A DNA stretch of 64,000 bases from an uncultured Acidobacteriota bacterium. GTDB lineage: Bacteria; Acidobacteriota; Thermoanaerobaculia; Gp7-AA8. The stretch covers positions 1,216,001 through 1,280,000 of the forward strand of contig CAVUKB010000005.1 in the NCBI GenBank assembly GCA_963741955.1. The letters are read 5' to 3'. The notes under the pieces are model-generated. The model was not told the DNA's origin. It ran no database searches and saw only the letters and a list, made by a program, of their open reading frames with translations. How positions within the stretch are numbered: position 1 is the first letter of the stretch; each line of letters opens with the position of its first letter. Positions 19,314-28,324 of the stretch are shown one piece after another. The position numbers were made by a program, and so were the translations under genes.

Positions 19314-20520
19314 AGCGCAGCGCCTCCACCGGCGGGAGTGACGCCGCCTTCCTCGCCGGGAAGTAGCCGGCGGCTGCGCCGGTGAGGACGGCGATCCCGA
19401 GCCCCGTCGCAATCAAGGCCGGACGGACGAGGGTCGGGAGCGGAAAGATCATCGCAATCCCCCGGCTGATCATCGCGCCGAGCAACACTCCGACGATGCC
19501 GCCGACGAGAGCGAGGAGCACCGCCTCGAGAAGAAACTGCATCCGGATGTTTCTCCGGGTCGCACCGAGCGCACGACGGATCCCGATCTCGTGAGTTCTC
19601 TCGATCACCGAGACCAGCATGATGTTCATGATCACGATTCCTCCCACCACCAGAGAGATCCCGGAGATGAAGATCATCAACGCGAAGGCTCCAGCGGAGA
19701 TGCTCTTCCACGCGGCCTGCACCGTCTCGGCGGTGACGAAGGAGAACGGATCATCATCCTTGAAGCTGGTATGGCGGCGTGAACGGAGGATCACCCGCAC
19801 TTCATCCTCGGTTCTCTGCAACTGGCTGATCCCGCCGGCGGGCCGGATGAAGACCGCGAGCGACTGACGTGACCCGAACGACTTCTGCCACCAGGAGAGC
19901 GGAACGTAGACCCGTCGGTCGCGGCTCTCGCCGAGCACGGATCCCTGTTTCGACATCAGCCCGATCACCCGGACCTTACGGCCGGAGATGGAGATGATTC
20001 TCCCGATCGGATCGAGCTGGCCGAAGAGGCGATCGCGGACGTCCCATCCGATCACCGCGACGGGCGCGGAGTGCTGGTCCTCGGTTTGGGTGTAGAAGCG
20101 TCCCGCTTCGAGATCGAGCCTGGTCAGTTCCGCGATATTCGGCGAGCCGCCGACGATGTCCACGCGATTCAGGTGGTTGCTCCTGAACTTCACGCGCATC
20201 GAAGTCGTGGTCCGCATCCCCACTTCCGCACAGCCGTTGCACCGCTCTTCGATCGCCTGAACGTCCGCGAGGAGGATCGGCTTTCTCTTCAGCGCCTTCA
20301 GGAACTCCTCGCGGGAGGTGATGATCCCGAAACGAGTGGCGACGAAGACATCCGGGCTGAGGTTCAGAAGCTGCGTCCCGACGTAGTTGTTCAGGCCCGA
20401 GATCACCGAGACGACCGCTACCACCGTGGTGACTCCGATGATCACGCCGAGGAGCGTGAGAAAGCTGCGGAGCTTGTGGCGCTGGAGCGCTTCGATCGCG
20501 GTGCGCAGAAGCTCGCTCAT
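19306..20520 (-). CDS. ABC transporter permease (MacB/FtsX family)
   Basis: RSFLTLLGVIIGV, MNIMLVSVIERTHEIGIRRALGA and PVEALRYE motifs. Confidence 0.95.
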   Translation of the reverse strand: MSELLRTAIEALQRHKLRSFLTLLGVIIGVTTVVAVVSVISGLNNYVGTQLLNLSPDVFVATRFGIITSREEFLKALKRKPILLADVQAIEERCNGCAEVGMRTTTSMRVKFRSNHLNRVDIVGGSPNIAELTRLDLEAGRFYTQTEDQHSAPVAVIGWDVRDRLFGQLDPIGRIISISGRKVRVIGLMSKQGSVLGESRDRRVYVPLSWWQKSFGSRQSLAVFIRPAGGISQLQRTEDEVRVILRSRRHTSFKDDDPFSFVTAETVQAAWKSISAGAFALMIFISGISLVVGGIVIMNIMLVSVIERTHEIGIRRALGATRRNIRMQFLLEAVLLALVGGIVGVLLGAMISRGIAMIFPLPTLVRPALIATGLGIAVLTGAAAGYFPARKAASLPPVEALRYE

Positions 20521-21758
20521 TTCGTCTCTTTGTCCTTGTCCTTCGTCTCTTTCTCCAGCTTCACGGTCGACCCGTCCTTCAGGTCGCGGAGCGCACGGAA
20601 GGGGCCGGAGACGATCTGCTGGCCCTGTTTGAGGCCGCTCTCGATCTCGATCAGGGTGTCGCCCGTGATCCCCGTCTTCACCGGGACGAAAGCGACTTTC
20701 TCCGCAGCCTGATCGAGGGCATAGACGCCTTCCTCTTCCACCGGCTTCGCGGTGGGGGATTTCGGTCCCTTCGTCGGCTTGTCACGGACCACCAGAGACT
20801 GGATGGGGATCGCCAGCACCTTGCTGCGCGTCCCGGTGACGATGTCGGCGGATGCCGAAAAGCCGGGACGGACTCCGGCAGGAGGATGGTCGAGGCGGAT
20901 TTTCACTTCGAAGTTGATCGCCTCGGTATTGCTCCCCGAGGTGATGTTCTGGATGGGGCTCGAAGCGACTTCCGTCACCGTGCCGGTGAAGATCTTTCCG
21001 GGATACGCGTCGATGGTCACGTTCGCCTTCTGGCCGATCCGGACGTTGGGGATGTCCGTCTCGTCGACTTCCATCACCGCTTCGACGACGCTCATGTCGG
21101 AGATCGTCAGGAGGGCGGTGCCGGGGTTGTTCATCGTGCCGATCACGGCGACCTCGCCTTCTTCGATCGGCAGACGGGTGACGATGCCGGACATCGGGGC
21201 GACGATGGTGGTCTTCGAGAGGGTGTCGCGCGCGCCGGCGAGAGAGGCGCGGGCCTGCGCGATGCGGTTGGTGATGCCGTCCAGGTTCGCGGCCGCGGAA
21301 TCGACGGCGGTCTTGTTCTTCTCGAGCTCTGCGAGAGGAATGACCCGGTCGGCGTAGTTCTTCTTCGCCCGGTCGTAGTTCCTCTGCGCTTCGGCGAGGT
21401 TGGCTCGTGCGGCCTCGCGATCCGCGAAGAGTGCTCTCATCGATGCTTCGGCACCGGCTGCCGACGCTTCCAGTTGCGCCTTGTCGATCTGGAGAAGGAA
21501 GTCACCTTTCTTCACCACCTCGCCTTCGCGGACGGCGAGGTTGACGATCTGTCCCATCACGTTGGCCGAGAGCTCGACCTTCTTCTGGGCTTCGATGCGA
21601 CCGTTCGCCGAGACCTTGCTGGTCAGATCGGTGCGGTCGACCTTCGCCGCCGTGACTTTGATGGCCCCTGCGTCCTTCTTCCGGATCATTCCGACGACGA
21701 CCAGCGCCAGCACGACGATGACGACTGCTCCGATGGTGATCTTGACTGACCTTTTCAT
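20517..21758 (-). CDS. MacA-like periplasmic adaptor subunit
   Basis: N-terminal TM anchor. VREGEVVKKGDFLLQID, IVAPMSG and VDETDI motifs. Confidence 0.93.
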   Translation of the reverse strand: MKRSVKITIGAVVIVVLALVVVGMIRKKDAGAIKVTAAKVDRTDLTSKVSANGRIEAQKKVELSANVMGQIVNLAVREGEVVKKGDFLLQIDKAQLEASAAGAEASMRALFADREAARANLAEAQRNYDRAKKNYADRVIPLAELEKNKTAVDSAAANLDGITNRIAQARASLAGARDTLSKTTIVAPMSGIVTRLPIEEGEVAVIGTMNNPGTALLTISDMSVVEAVMEVDETDIPNVRIGQKANVTIDAYPGKIFTGTVTEVASSPIQNITSGSNTEAINFEVKIRLDHPPAGVRPGFSASADIVTGTRSKVLAIPIQSLVVRDKPTKGPKSPTAKPVEEEGVYALDQAAEKVAFVPVKTGITGDTLIEIESGLKQGQQIVSGPFRALRDLKDGSTVKLEKETKDKDKETK

Positions 21759-21907
21759 TCCGCGATCCTCTCCTCGTTACGGGACTGCAAACCGGCACCA
21801 TCGCTGGTGGGTTCACCGGTGTATACGCCGAAGGCGCCGAAGGGTTTCCCTTGTCGGCGTTGAGCTTGCAGCCAACTCCCGCCATGCTGAATGGAAGGGA
21901 GCCGGCC

Positions 21908-23002
21908 GTGTCCGGTCAAGAGGTACAAAAGGCGATTCGTGAAGGATTGTTTCAGGGAGGGTGGCGTCTGGTTGCGCTCGCTCTGATTCTGGTCGCAGCG
22001 TGGTTCGTTCAACAGGTGGTGCTGCTCGCATTTCTCGGGCTCCTGTTCGGAAATCTCGTCACGGGAGGGGTCGACTGGCTGGAGAAGCGCCACTTCAAGC
22101 GGCCACTCGGAACCCTGGCGATCCTGCTCGCCTTCTTCGGAGTCCTGGTGGCGATCGGCTGGTGGATCGCACCTCAGGTGGTGGCTGAATTCAGGCAGAT
22201 TCAGAATCAGCTCCCGAGCGCACTTCACGATCTGGAAACGTGGCTGAGCAGTCGGATGCAGCAGCTGAGCGCCAGCGTAGGAGGCGATGGTGGGAACGCG
22301 TCGGTTCAGCAGGCGATCGACAAGCAGCTCCAGGGGCTGCTCTCTTATGCCTACCCCGCAGTGATGACGGTGGCCTTCACCATCGTCGGGTTCTTCATCG
22401 TCCTCTTCATCACCATTTACCTCTCCGTCGACCCGAATCTCTACCGAAAGGGATTCCTTCATCTGTTCGCCCATTCGAGACGCGAGCGGATGGAACAGAC
22501 CATCGACGAGGTGTCGTACACCCTGCGCCGGTGGATGGGAGGACAGTTGATGGGGATGGCGATCATCGGCGGGTTGACCACCATCGGACTCTGGCTTCTC
22601 GGGGTCAAGACCGCACTCGCACTCGGAGTGCTCGCAGGAGTGCTCGAGTTCATTCCGTTCTTCGGACCGATCCTGAGTTTTTTCCCCGCTGCAGCGGTGG
22701 CATTTCTTCAGAGCCCCCAGCTCGCCCTCTGGGTGCTGCTCCTCTACGTCGCGATCCAGCAGCTGGAAGGGCACCTGATCATCCCCCTGGTGATGCAGAG
22801 CCAGGTTCAGGTTCCTCCGATCCTCACCATCCTGGCTGGCGTGATCTTCGGCACGTTTTTCGGTTTCCTCGGTCTGTTGACGGCGGTTCCGATGACCGCG
22901 GCGGCGATCGTGGTGATCAAGATGATGTACGTCGAAGACCGGGTCGGCGACGAGTTGCCGCTCCCGGGACCGGAGAAGGAGCGAAAGGAGGCTGGAGGCT
23001 AG
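21908..23002 (+). CDS. AI-2E family transporter
   Basis: LEFIPFFGP and IQQLEGHLIIPLVM motifs. GTG 21908 follows GAAGGGAG; ATG 21884 is an alternative start. Confidence 0.9.
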   Translation: MSGQEVQKAIREGLFQGGWRLVALALILVAAWFVQQVVLLAFLGLLFGNLVTGGVDWLEKRHFKRPLGTLAILLAFFGVLVAIGWWIAPQVVAEFRQIQNQLPSALHDLETWLSSRMQQLSASVGGDGGNASVQQAIDKQLQGLLSYAYPAVMTVAFTIVGFFIVLFITIYLSVDPNLYRKGFLHLFAHSRRERMEQTIDEVSYTLRRWMGGQLMGMAIIGGLTTIGLWLLGVKTALALGVLAGVLEFIPFFGPILSFFPAAAVAFLQSPQLALWVLLLYVAIQQLEGHLIIPLVMQSQVQVPPILTILAGVIFGTFFGFLGLLTAVPMTAAAIVVIKMMYVEDRVGDELPLPGPEKERKEAGG

Positions 23003-23033
23003 AGGATCGGGGGTCGGGGTCGGGGGTCGGGGG

Positions 23034-23229
23034 CATACGCACTAACTTTTGCCTTTCTCGTGAGTGCACAGCCCTGTGAATCGGGTCGGCAACGACGAAT
23101 GCAGAATGCAAAATGCAGAATTGAGAGCTGAGAAGAGACCCCAGCCCTTCTTCATTCCGAATTCTGAACTCTGCATTCTGCATTCGTCGGGCGATGGCTT
23201 CACTTCGCTCCTCAAAGTTTGTGCGCATG
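23034..23229. mobile_element. Putative MITE (~196 bp) within a (GGGGGTC)n tract
   Basis: Terminal IR CATACGCACTAACTTT / AAAGTTTGTGCGCATG (14/16 match). Internal perfect 18-bp IR at 23093-23110 / 23172-23189. GGGG on both flanks. Confidence 0.55.
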
Positions 23230-23305
23230 GGGGTCGGGGGTCGGGGGTCGGGGCTCAGGGGTCAGGGATCAGGGGGTCAAGCCTCGAGCCTCGAGCCCGC
23301 ATTTC

Positions 23306-24442
23306 TCACACGGTGGCGCCGCCGCACGAGCTCCCTGCGCCAGCGGTACAGCCGAAGCAGTGCCGGCGCGTCACGATGCGGCGGTTCTGCCAGAGGTCGA
23401 AATCGAAATCGCGAATGTGCATCGCTTTCCCGTCGGGGAGTGCATCGAGGTCGAGCATCTGGTTGAAATCGCAGTCGTACAGCCGGCCGTCCCAGGAGAT
23501 GGAGATCGTGTTCCGGCACATCAGCCCGTCGATGGCGGCCGGATTGAAAGAGATCCCGAGTTTTTCCATGTAGTCCTCGAGATTTCCCGAGTCGACGAGC
23601 CACTCGAGAAAGCGCGAGATCGGCATGTTGTTCAGGGCGAAGAGACGGTCGAAGCTCACTTCGAGATCTCGCTGGAGTGCAGTCTTCCACTCCTTCTCGA
23701 TCGAGAGCTGGTTCGGAGCGAGGTAGGCGCCCGCAGGATTCATCATCAGCGTGAGAATGCGGCGAGGGTCGCCTTTTCCATAGCCTGCCTCGTTCAGGAG
23801 CCGGAGGGCGGCGATCGATTTCTCGAACGCTCCGTCGCCGCGTTGCGCGTCGGTGTTGCGCTTCCGGTAGTGAGGGAGCGAAGCGACGACCTCGACTCCT
23901 CGGTCGCCGAGCCACTCCACGAGTCCGCGGCTGCGCGGGAGGAGGAGAACGGAGAGATTGCAGCGGTCGATCACGTGCTTGCCGCGGGCGACCGACTCTT
24001 CCACCACCCGGCGGAACTCGGGATGGAGCTCCGGAGCGCCACCGGTCAGATCGACGGTGTGGGCGGTGCTGCGGTCGAGAGCACGGAAGCAGTCGTCGAT
24101 GGTCTCGGCCGACATCATGGCGTCCCAACGGTCGGGACCGGCGTCGACGTGGCAATGGCGGCAGGTCATGTTGCAGAGCTTCCCGAGGTTGATCTGAAAG
24201 ATCTCCAGCATCGAGGTCCGGAGTCCGCTGCGTCCCGATTCCGCGATCGCCTTCTCGAAATCAAGGGATGACCCCGACTCGAGCGAGACGGCGGCGAGGA
24301 GCTCCAGCTGTGTCGCGGGGGTGGCGAGCGGGGAATGACGTGAGCGAAGGGTGCGTGCCGACCGCGGTCCGGGAATCGACTCTTCCCGCGGATCGCGTTC
24401 CTCCGGAGCTTCGCGGATGGATGCCGGGGTGAGGTTCTTCAC
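23306..24442 (-). CDS. arsS: ArsS-type radical SAM protein (arsenosugar biosynthesis / TIGR04167-like)
   Basis: QINLGKLCNMTCRHCHVDAGP, DLTGGAPELHP, LMCR, YDCDFNQML and HCFGCTAGAGSSCGG motifs. GTG start overlaps the upstream stop. Confidence 0.9.
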   Translation of the reverse strand: MKNLTPASIREAPEERDPREESIPGPRSARTLRSRHSPLATPATQLELLAAVSLESGSSLDFEKAIAESGRSGLRTSMLEIFQINLGKLCNMTCRHCHVDAGPDRWDAMMSAETIDDCFRALDRSTAHTVDLTGGAPELHPEFRRVVEESVARGKHVIDRCNLSVLLLPRSRGLVEWLGDRGVEVVASLPHYRKRNTDAQRGDGAFEKSIAALRLLNEAGYGKGDPRRILTLMMNPAGAYLAPNQLSIEKEWKTALQRDLEVSFDRLFALNNMPISRFLEWLVDSGNLEDYMEKLGISFNPAAIDGLMCRNTISISWDGRLYDCDFNQMLDLDALPDGKAMHIRDFDFDLWQNRRIVTRRHCFGCTAGAGSSCGGATV

Positions 24443-24777
24443 ATCCCTGCCTTTCGGGCGTGCTCCATCATCTGCATCCCATGGACGAGCGAGGCGCCGC
24501 CGCGGATCGCACAAGCGACGTGGACCGCTTCGGTCATCTGCTCGAGGTCCGCTCCCTTCTGCAGACTCTCGGTCGTGTACGCGTCGATGCAGTACGGGCA
24601 CTGGACCGCGTGCGCAACGGCCAGCGCGATCAGTGCCTTCTCACGCTCGGTCAGGGCTCCGGCCGCAAAGACTGCGCCGTAGTAGTCGAAGAACTTCTTC
24701 GCGAGATCGCCCGATCCCTCCGCGATGTCGCCGAACTTCGCGAGATGGTGCGACTTGTAGTAGTAGTGCTCGTCCAC
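24439..24777 (-). CDS. AhpD/CMD-like peroxidase-related protein associated with ArsS
   Basis: REKALIALAVAHAVQCPYCIDAY and AIRGGASLVHG motifs. GAAGGAG RBS. Confidence 0.9.
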   Translation of the reverse strand: MDEHYYYKSHHLAKFGDIAEGSGDLAKKFFDYYGAVFAAGALTEREKALIALAVAHAVQCPYCIDAYTTESLQKGADLEQMTEAVHVACAIRGGASLVHGMQMMEHARKAGM

Positions 24778-25041
24778 GCTCGTGCTCCTTCTCTGAATGC
24801 GATGCGCTCATTCTAGCCCGGATGGACGCGCACCCCCCCGGCCAGACGGTTCGTGACCGGAACGTCATGGGCGATCCGATGCACTGTTCGATGCAGAGGA
24901 ACGGGAGGAGGTGACGGGGGGGGGCGAGTCCGCCTCGTTGCGCCGCAACACCGCCGGTTGGCGCGGTGCCGCTCCACTGCGATTCCGACTGGCGCGCGGG
25001 CGCTCCGCTGCAACACCGAGTAGCGTCACGCCCATGAAAGG

Positions 25042-25073
25042 TGCTATCATCATTTCGGGAGTTTACGAAATGA
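25042..25073 (+). promoter_or_regulatory. Extended -10 element and putative ArsR operator overlapping the arsR start codon
   Basis: TGcTATCAT at 25042-25050. Inverted repeat TCATTTCG-N8-CGAAATGA at 25050-25073. Confidence 0.7.
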
Positions 25074-25507
25074 CGAACCGCCCTCTGACTCGACTGGTCC
25101 GGATGCACAAGTCGCTCGGACATCCGGTCCGCCTTCGCATCCTGGCCATGCTCCGCGGAGGTCCGCTCTGCGTCTGCCAGATGACGGGAGTGGTCCGTCT
25201 CGCCGCTTCCACCGTCTCCGAACATCTATCGGAGCTTCGGCGGGCGGGCCTGATCGCGGAGCGGAAAGACGGGAAGTGGGTGGAGTACCGGCTCGCCGAC
25301 GACCCGGTCGCCGGACAGGTGCTCGAAGCGATCTGGTCCGAGCTCGACCGTGATCCGGAGGCCCAGGCGGACGCCGTCGTTCTGCGGGAGTTGCGCCGCG
25401 TCCCGCTCGAGGAGCTTTGCGGCGCCGGTCTCGATCTCGAGCGGATCGAGCGTCCGGGACTCGGAAAAGCGGTGGCGAGAGCGGCCCGTCTTCGCGACGG
25501 TGCGTGA
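25070..25507 (+). CDS. arsR: ArsR/SmtB family repressor
   Basis: LGHPVRLRIL, PLCVCQM (As(III)-type Cys pair), STVSEHLSELRRAGLI and GKWVEYRL motifs. Confidence 0.9.
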   Translation: MTNRPLTRLVRMHKSLGHPVRLRILAMLRGGPLCVCQMTGVVRLAASTVSEHLSELRRAGLIAERKDGKWVEYRLADDPVAGQVLEAIWSELDRDPEAQADAVVLRELRRVPLEELCGAGLDLERIERPGLGKAVARAARLRDGA

Positions 25508-25514
25508 GGCGACC

Positions 25515-26573
25515 ATGAGCTCTGCTTCCTCCATCCCGCATCCCGCGCCTGCCAGCCGCCCCGCCCCACGCCGGCGACTCGTCGTCGGGATCGGAGCCGC
25601 CATCGGAGGTGTCGCGCTCTATCTCGCTCTCCCTTCGATCACTCAGTTCATCGCGTTCACGCTTCTCCCACTCTCCCCTTCTTCCCATCTCGGCGCGGCG
25701 GTCGCGTTCTTTCTCTTCGAGGTGCCGAAGGTTCTCCTCCTCCTCACCGGAGTGGTCTTCGTGGTCGGCCTCCTCCGCTCGTTCTTCTCTCCCGAGCGTG
25801 CGCGTCGCCTCCTTTCCGGACGCCGCGAATCGACCGGAAACGTCCTCGCCGCCGTGCTGGGTATCGCAACGCCGTTCTGCTCCTGCTCCGCCGTCCCCCT
25901 CTTCATCGGATTCGTCACCGCGGGGGTTCCGCTGGGCGTGACGCTTTCATTCCTCATCGCCGCTCCGATGGTCAACGAGATTGCGCTGGTTCTCCTGTTC
26001 GGTCTCTTCGGCTGGAAGATCGCCGCACTCTATCTCGCGACCGGTCTCGCGATCGCGATCGTCGCCGGATGGATTCTCGGACGGATGAAACTCGAGCGCT
26101 TCGTCGAGCCGTGGGTGTGGAAGATCGACTCCGGCGGCGAGACGCCTCTCGAGAAGAGCTGGAGCGAGCGATTCGCCGAAGCGCGCGCGGCGGTGCGTGA
26201 GATCGTGGGGAAGGTCTGGATCTACGTGATTGCAGGCATCGCGGTCGGCGCCGGGATCCACGGGTTCGTGCCAACCAACTTTCTCGCCTCGTTCATGGGC
26301 CGTGACGCGTGGTGGGCCGTCCCGGCCGCGGTGATTCTCGGCGTCCCGATGTACTCGAACGCCGCAGCCATTCTTCCGATCGTCCAGGCGCTGCTCGGCA
26401 AGGGAGCGGCGCTCGGCACATCGCTCGCCTTCATGATGTCCGTGATCGCCCTCTCGCTTCCGGAGATGATCATTCTCCGGAAAGTTCTCCGCCCGCGGCT
26501 CATTGCTGCCTTCATCGGCGTGGTGGCCGCCGGCATCCTGTTGGTCGGATATCTGTTCAACATAGTCTTGTAA
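25515..26573 (+). CDS. arsP: ArsP/DUF318 family permease
   Basis: TPFCSCSAVPLFIG, GVPMYSNA and ALSLPEMIILRKV motifs. Confidence 0.88.
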   Translation: MSSASSIPHPAPASRPAPRRRLVVGIGAAIGGVALYLALPSITQFIAFTLLPLSPSSHLGAAVAFFLFEVPKVLLLLTGVVFVVGLLRSFFSPERARRLLSGRRESTGNVLAAVLGIATPFCSCSAVPLFIGFVTAGVPLGVTLSFLIAAPMVNEIALVLLFGLFGWKIAALYLATGLAIAIVAGWILGRMKLERFVEPWVWKIDSGGETPLEKSWSERFAEARAAVREIVGKVWIYVIAGIAVGAGIHGFVPTNFLASFMGRDAWWAVPAAVILGVPMYSNAAAILPIVQALLGKGAALGTSLAFMMSVIALSLPEMIILRKVLRPRLIAAFIGVVAAGILLVGYLFNIVL

Positions 26574-26602
26574 ACGCGCATTCACTATTAAAGGAGATAC
26601 CG

Positions 26603-26848
26603 ATGAAGATCGAAGTTCTGGGGCCGGGATGCACCCGCTGCAAGGAAACGTTCCGCGTCGTTCAGCACGTCGTGGAGAATGAGCACCTCGTCGCCGAGGT
26701 GGTGAAGGAGGAATCGGTGGAACGGATGCTCGGTCTCGGCATCATGTCCACTCCCGCGATCGCGATCGACGGAAAAGTCGTCCTCACCGGCCGGGTCCCG
26801 AAGGCGGAAGAGGTGCGGGAGCTCCTCGGGTGCGCCGCAGCACTGTGA
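26603..26848 (+). CDS. Small redox-active disulfide protein (MTH895-like thioredoxin)
   Basis: AAGGAG RBS. MKIEVLGPGCTRC and GIMSTPAIAIDG motifs. Confidence 0.92.
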   Translation: MKIEVLGPGCTRCKETFRVVQHVVENEHLVAEVVKEESVERMLGLGIMSTPAIAIDGKVVLTGRVPKAEEVRELLGCAAAL

Positions 26849-27264
26849 CGAAGCGTCGGGTACTCTTTCTCTGCACTCACAATTCCGCACGGAGCCAGAT
26901 GGCCGAGGGGCTGCTGAGGGCGCGCGCGGGCGAGCGGTTCGAGGTGGCGAGTGCGGGAACCGAGCAGACTCGCGTCCATCCACTCGCCGTGCGCGCGATG
27001 CAGGAGATCGGTATCGACATCTCCGGCCAGGAGTCGAAGACGCTCGATCGGTTCGTCACCGAACCGTGGGACCTGGTGATCAAGGTCTGCGACGCGGCGA
27101 ACCAGTCGTGCCCCGTCTTCCCCGGCGCTGCGAGCCGGCTGCACTGGAGCTTCGAGGATCCTTCTGCCGCGCAAGGGTCGGACGAAGAACGCCTCTCGCT
27201 CTTCCGTCGCGTCCGCGATGAGATCGCCCGGCGCCTTCGCGAGATTGCAGGCGAGAGCGCATAG
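26845..27264 (+). CDS. arsC: Thioredoxin-coupled arsenate reductase (LMW-PTP fold)
   Basis: LFLCTHNSARSQMAE, VCDAANQSCPVF (all three Cys present) and HWSFEDP motifs. GTGA overlap with the upstream gene. Confidence 0.92.
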   Translation: MTKRRVLFLCTHNSARSQMAEGLLRARAGERFEVASAGTEQTRVHPLAVRAMQEIGIDISGQESKTLDRFVTEPWDLVIKVCDAANQSCPVFPGAASRLHWSFEDPSAAQGSDEERLSLFRRVRDEIARRLREIAGESA

Positions 27265-27433
27265 CGAACTGATCTGAGGTGGTTCCCGCCTCTGACGCTG
27301 CGGAAGCAGGCTTGTCCTGTCGATGCCTCCGTGGTTGACAGACGTCCTTGGCCGATACGGCTATCTCGCTCTCTTCGTCGGGGTATTTCTGGAGAACGTC
27401 GGAATACCGGTCCCCGGAGAGACGGTGCTCCTC

Positions 27434-27612
27434 GCCCGCATTGCTCACACCATCTCTGCTGCGGAGCCGGATAGCGGCCTGTCTGTTGCGTTGAGCCCCG
27501 CTTCGGCTCCTCAACATAGTCACCACTATGCCTTCGTCGCCGAAGCGGGGCGCGCCTTGCATCCAGGCCACTCTCCGCCTCCTCGCGACGAGATGGTGTG
27601 AGCAATGCGGGC
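27434..27612. mobile_element. MITE-like hairpin element 1
   Basis: Perfect 23-bp terminal IR GCCCGCATTGCTCACACCATCTC. CTCG at both junctions. Inner 13-bp perfect IR. Apex CATAGT-cacc-ACTATG. Confidence 0.85.
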
Positions 27613-27779
27613 TCGCGGGGTTCTTTGCACGACGGCACGTTCTCGAGTTGCAGTTCGTCATTCCGATCGCGATCGCTGCGGCGATCGCCGGAGACAATCT
27701 CGGATTTCTGATCGGAAGGCGTGCGGGGCGCGCACGCATCGAACAGGGCCGGCGTTTTCTCTGGGTGACGAAGCGACGA

Positions 27780-27946
27780 CCAGGAGTCTGCGCGGTAGAA
27801 ACTGTCCTACTGCGAAAGCGGATCAGCGGTCCAAATCCGTCCGGATTTTCGGCGAGTAGCCACCGCTACGCACCTCAAATCCGAACGAATTTGGCCTCGC
27901 TGCTCGGCTTTCTCGCTACGGACGTTTCTACCGCGCAGACTCCTGG
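27780..27946. mobile_element. MITE-like hairpin element 2
   Basis: Perfect 23-bp terminal IR CCAGGAGTCTGCGCGGTAGAAAC. Imperfect pairing throughout. Apex GTAGC-cacc-GCTAC. Confidence 0.85.
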
Positions 27947-28324
27947 ACCGCGTCGATCGCTACTTCGAACGCTTCGGCTCCTGGACGATCTTCTTCGCCC
28001 GATTCATCACCGGCATCCGCGTCGTCATCGCCGTCTCGGCGGGGATGAGCGGCTTCCGCTGGAGGCGGTTCGTCCTCTGGAACGCGGCCGGTGCAATCGC
28101 CTGGGGAAGCGCAATCGCATCGATCGGATGGGCGTTCGGTCAGTCGTGGCACCTTCTGGAACGTGATGTCGGTCGCGGAGGACTCATCGCGGCAGGCGCC
28201 GTGGTCGCCCTGGCCGCCGCCGCGTTCTTCGTTCATCGGTGGAAGACGAAACGCGAGTCCGTGTCGACGCGCGGAACCGGGCGATGAATTACAATTCGCG
28301 CACCATGGGAATGGAGATGCGGCG

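Larger units (their letters stand above)
27323..28287 (+). pseudogene. DedA family membrane protein gene interrupted by two hairpin insertions
   Basis: DedA segments lie in three successive frames: LENVGIPVPGETVLL / AGF...AIAGDNLGFLIGR / LDRVDRYFERFG...FARFITGIR. Removing both inserts gives a ~206 aa ORF. Confidence 0.9.

Noticed and set aside
23306-23370. Selenocysteine in the ArsS C-terminal GSSxGG motif
   Set aside because: The codon is TGC (Cys) and there is no in-frame TGA.
27434-27946. Integron attC sites or self-splicing introns
   Set aside because: No RYYYAAC/GTTRRRY boxes or integrase. The inserts are simple rods lacking group I/II intron core motifs.
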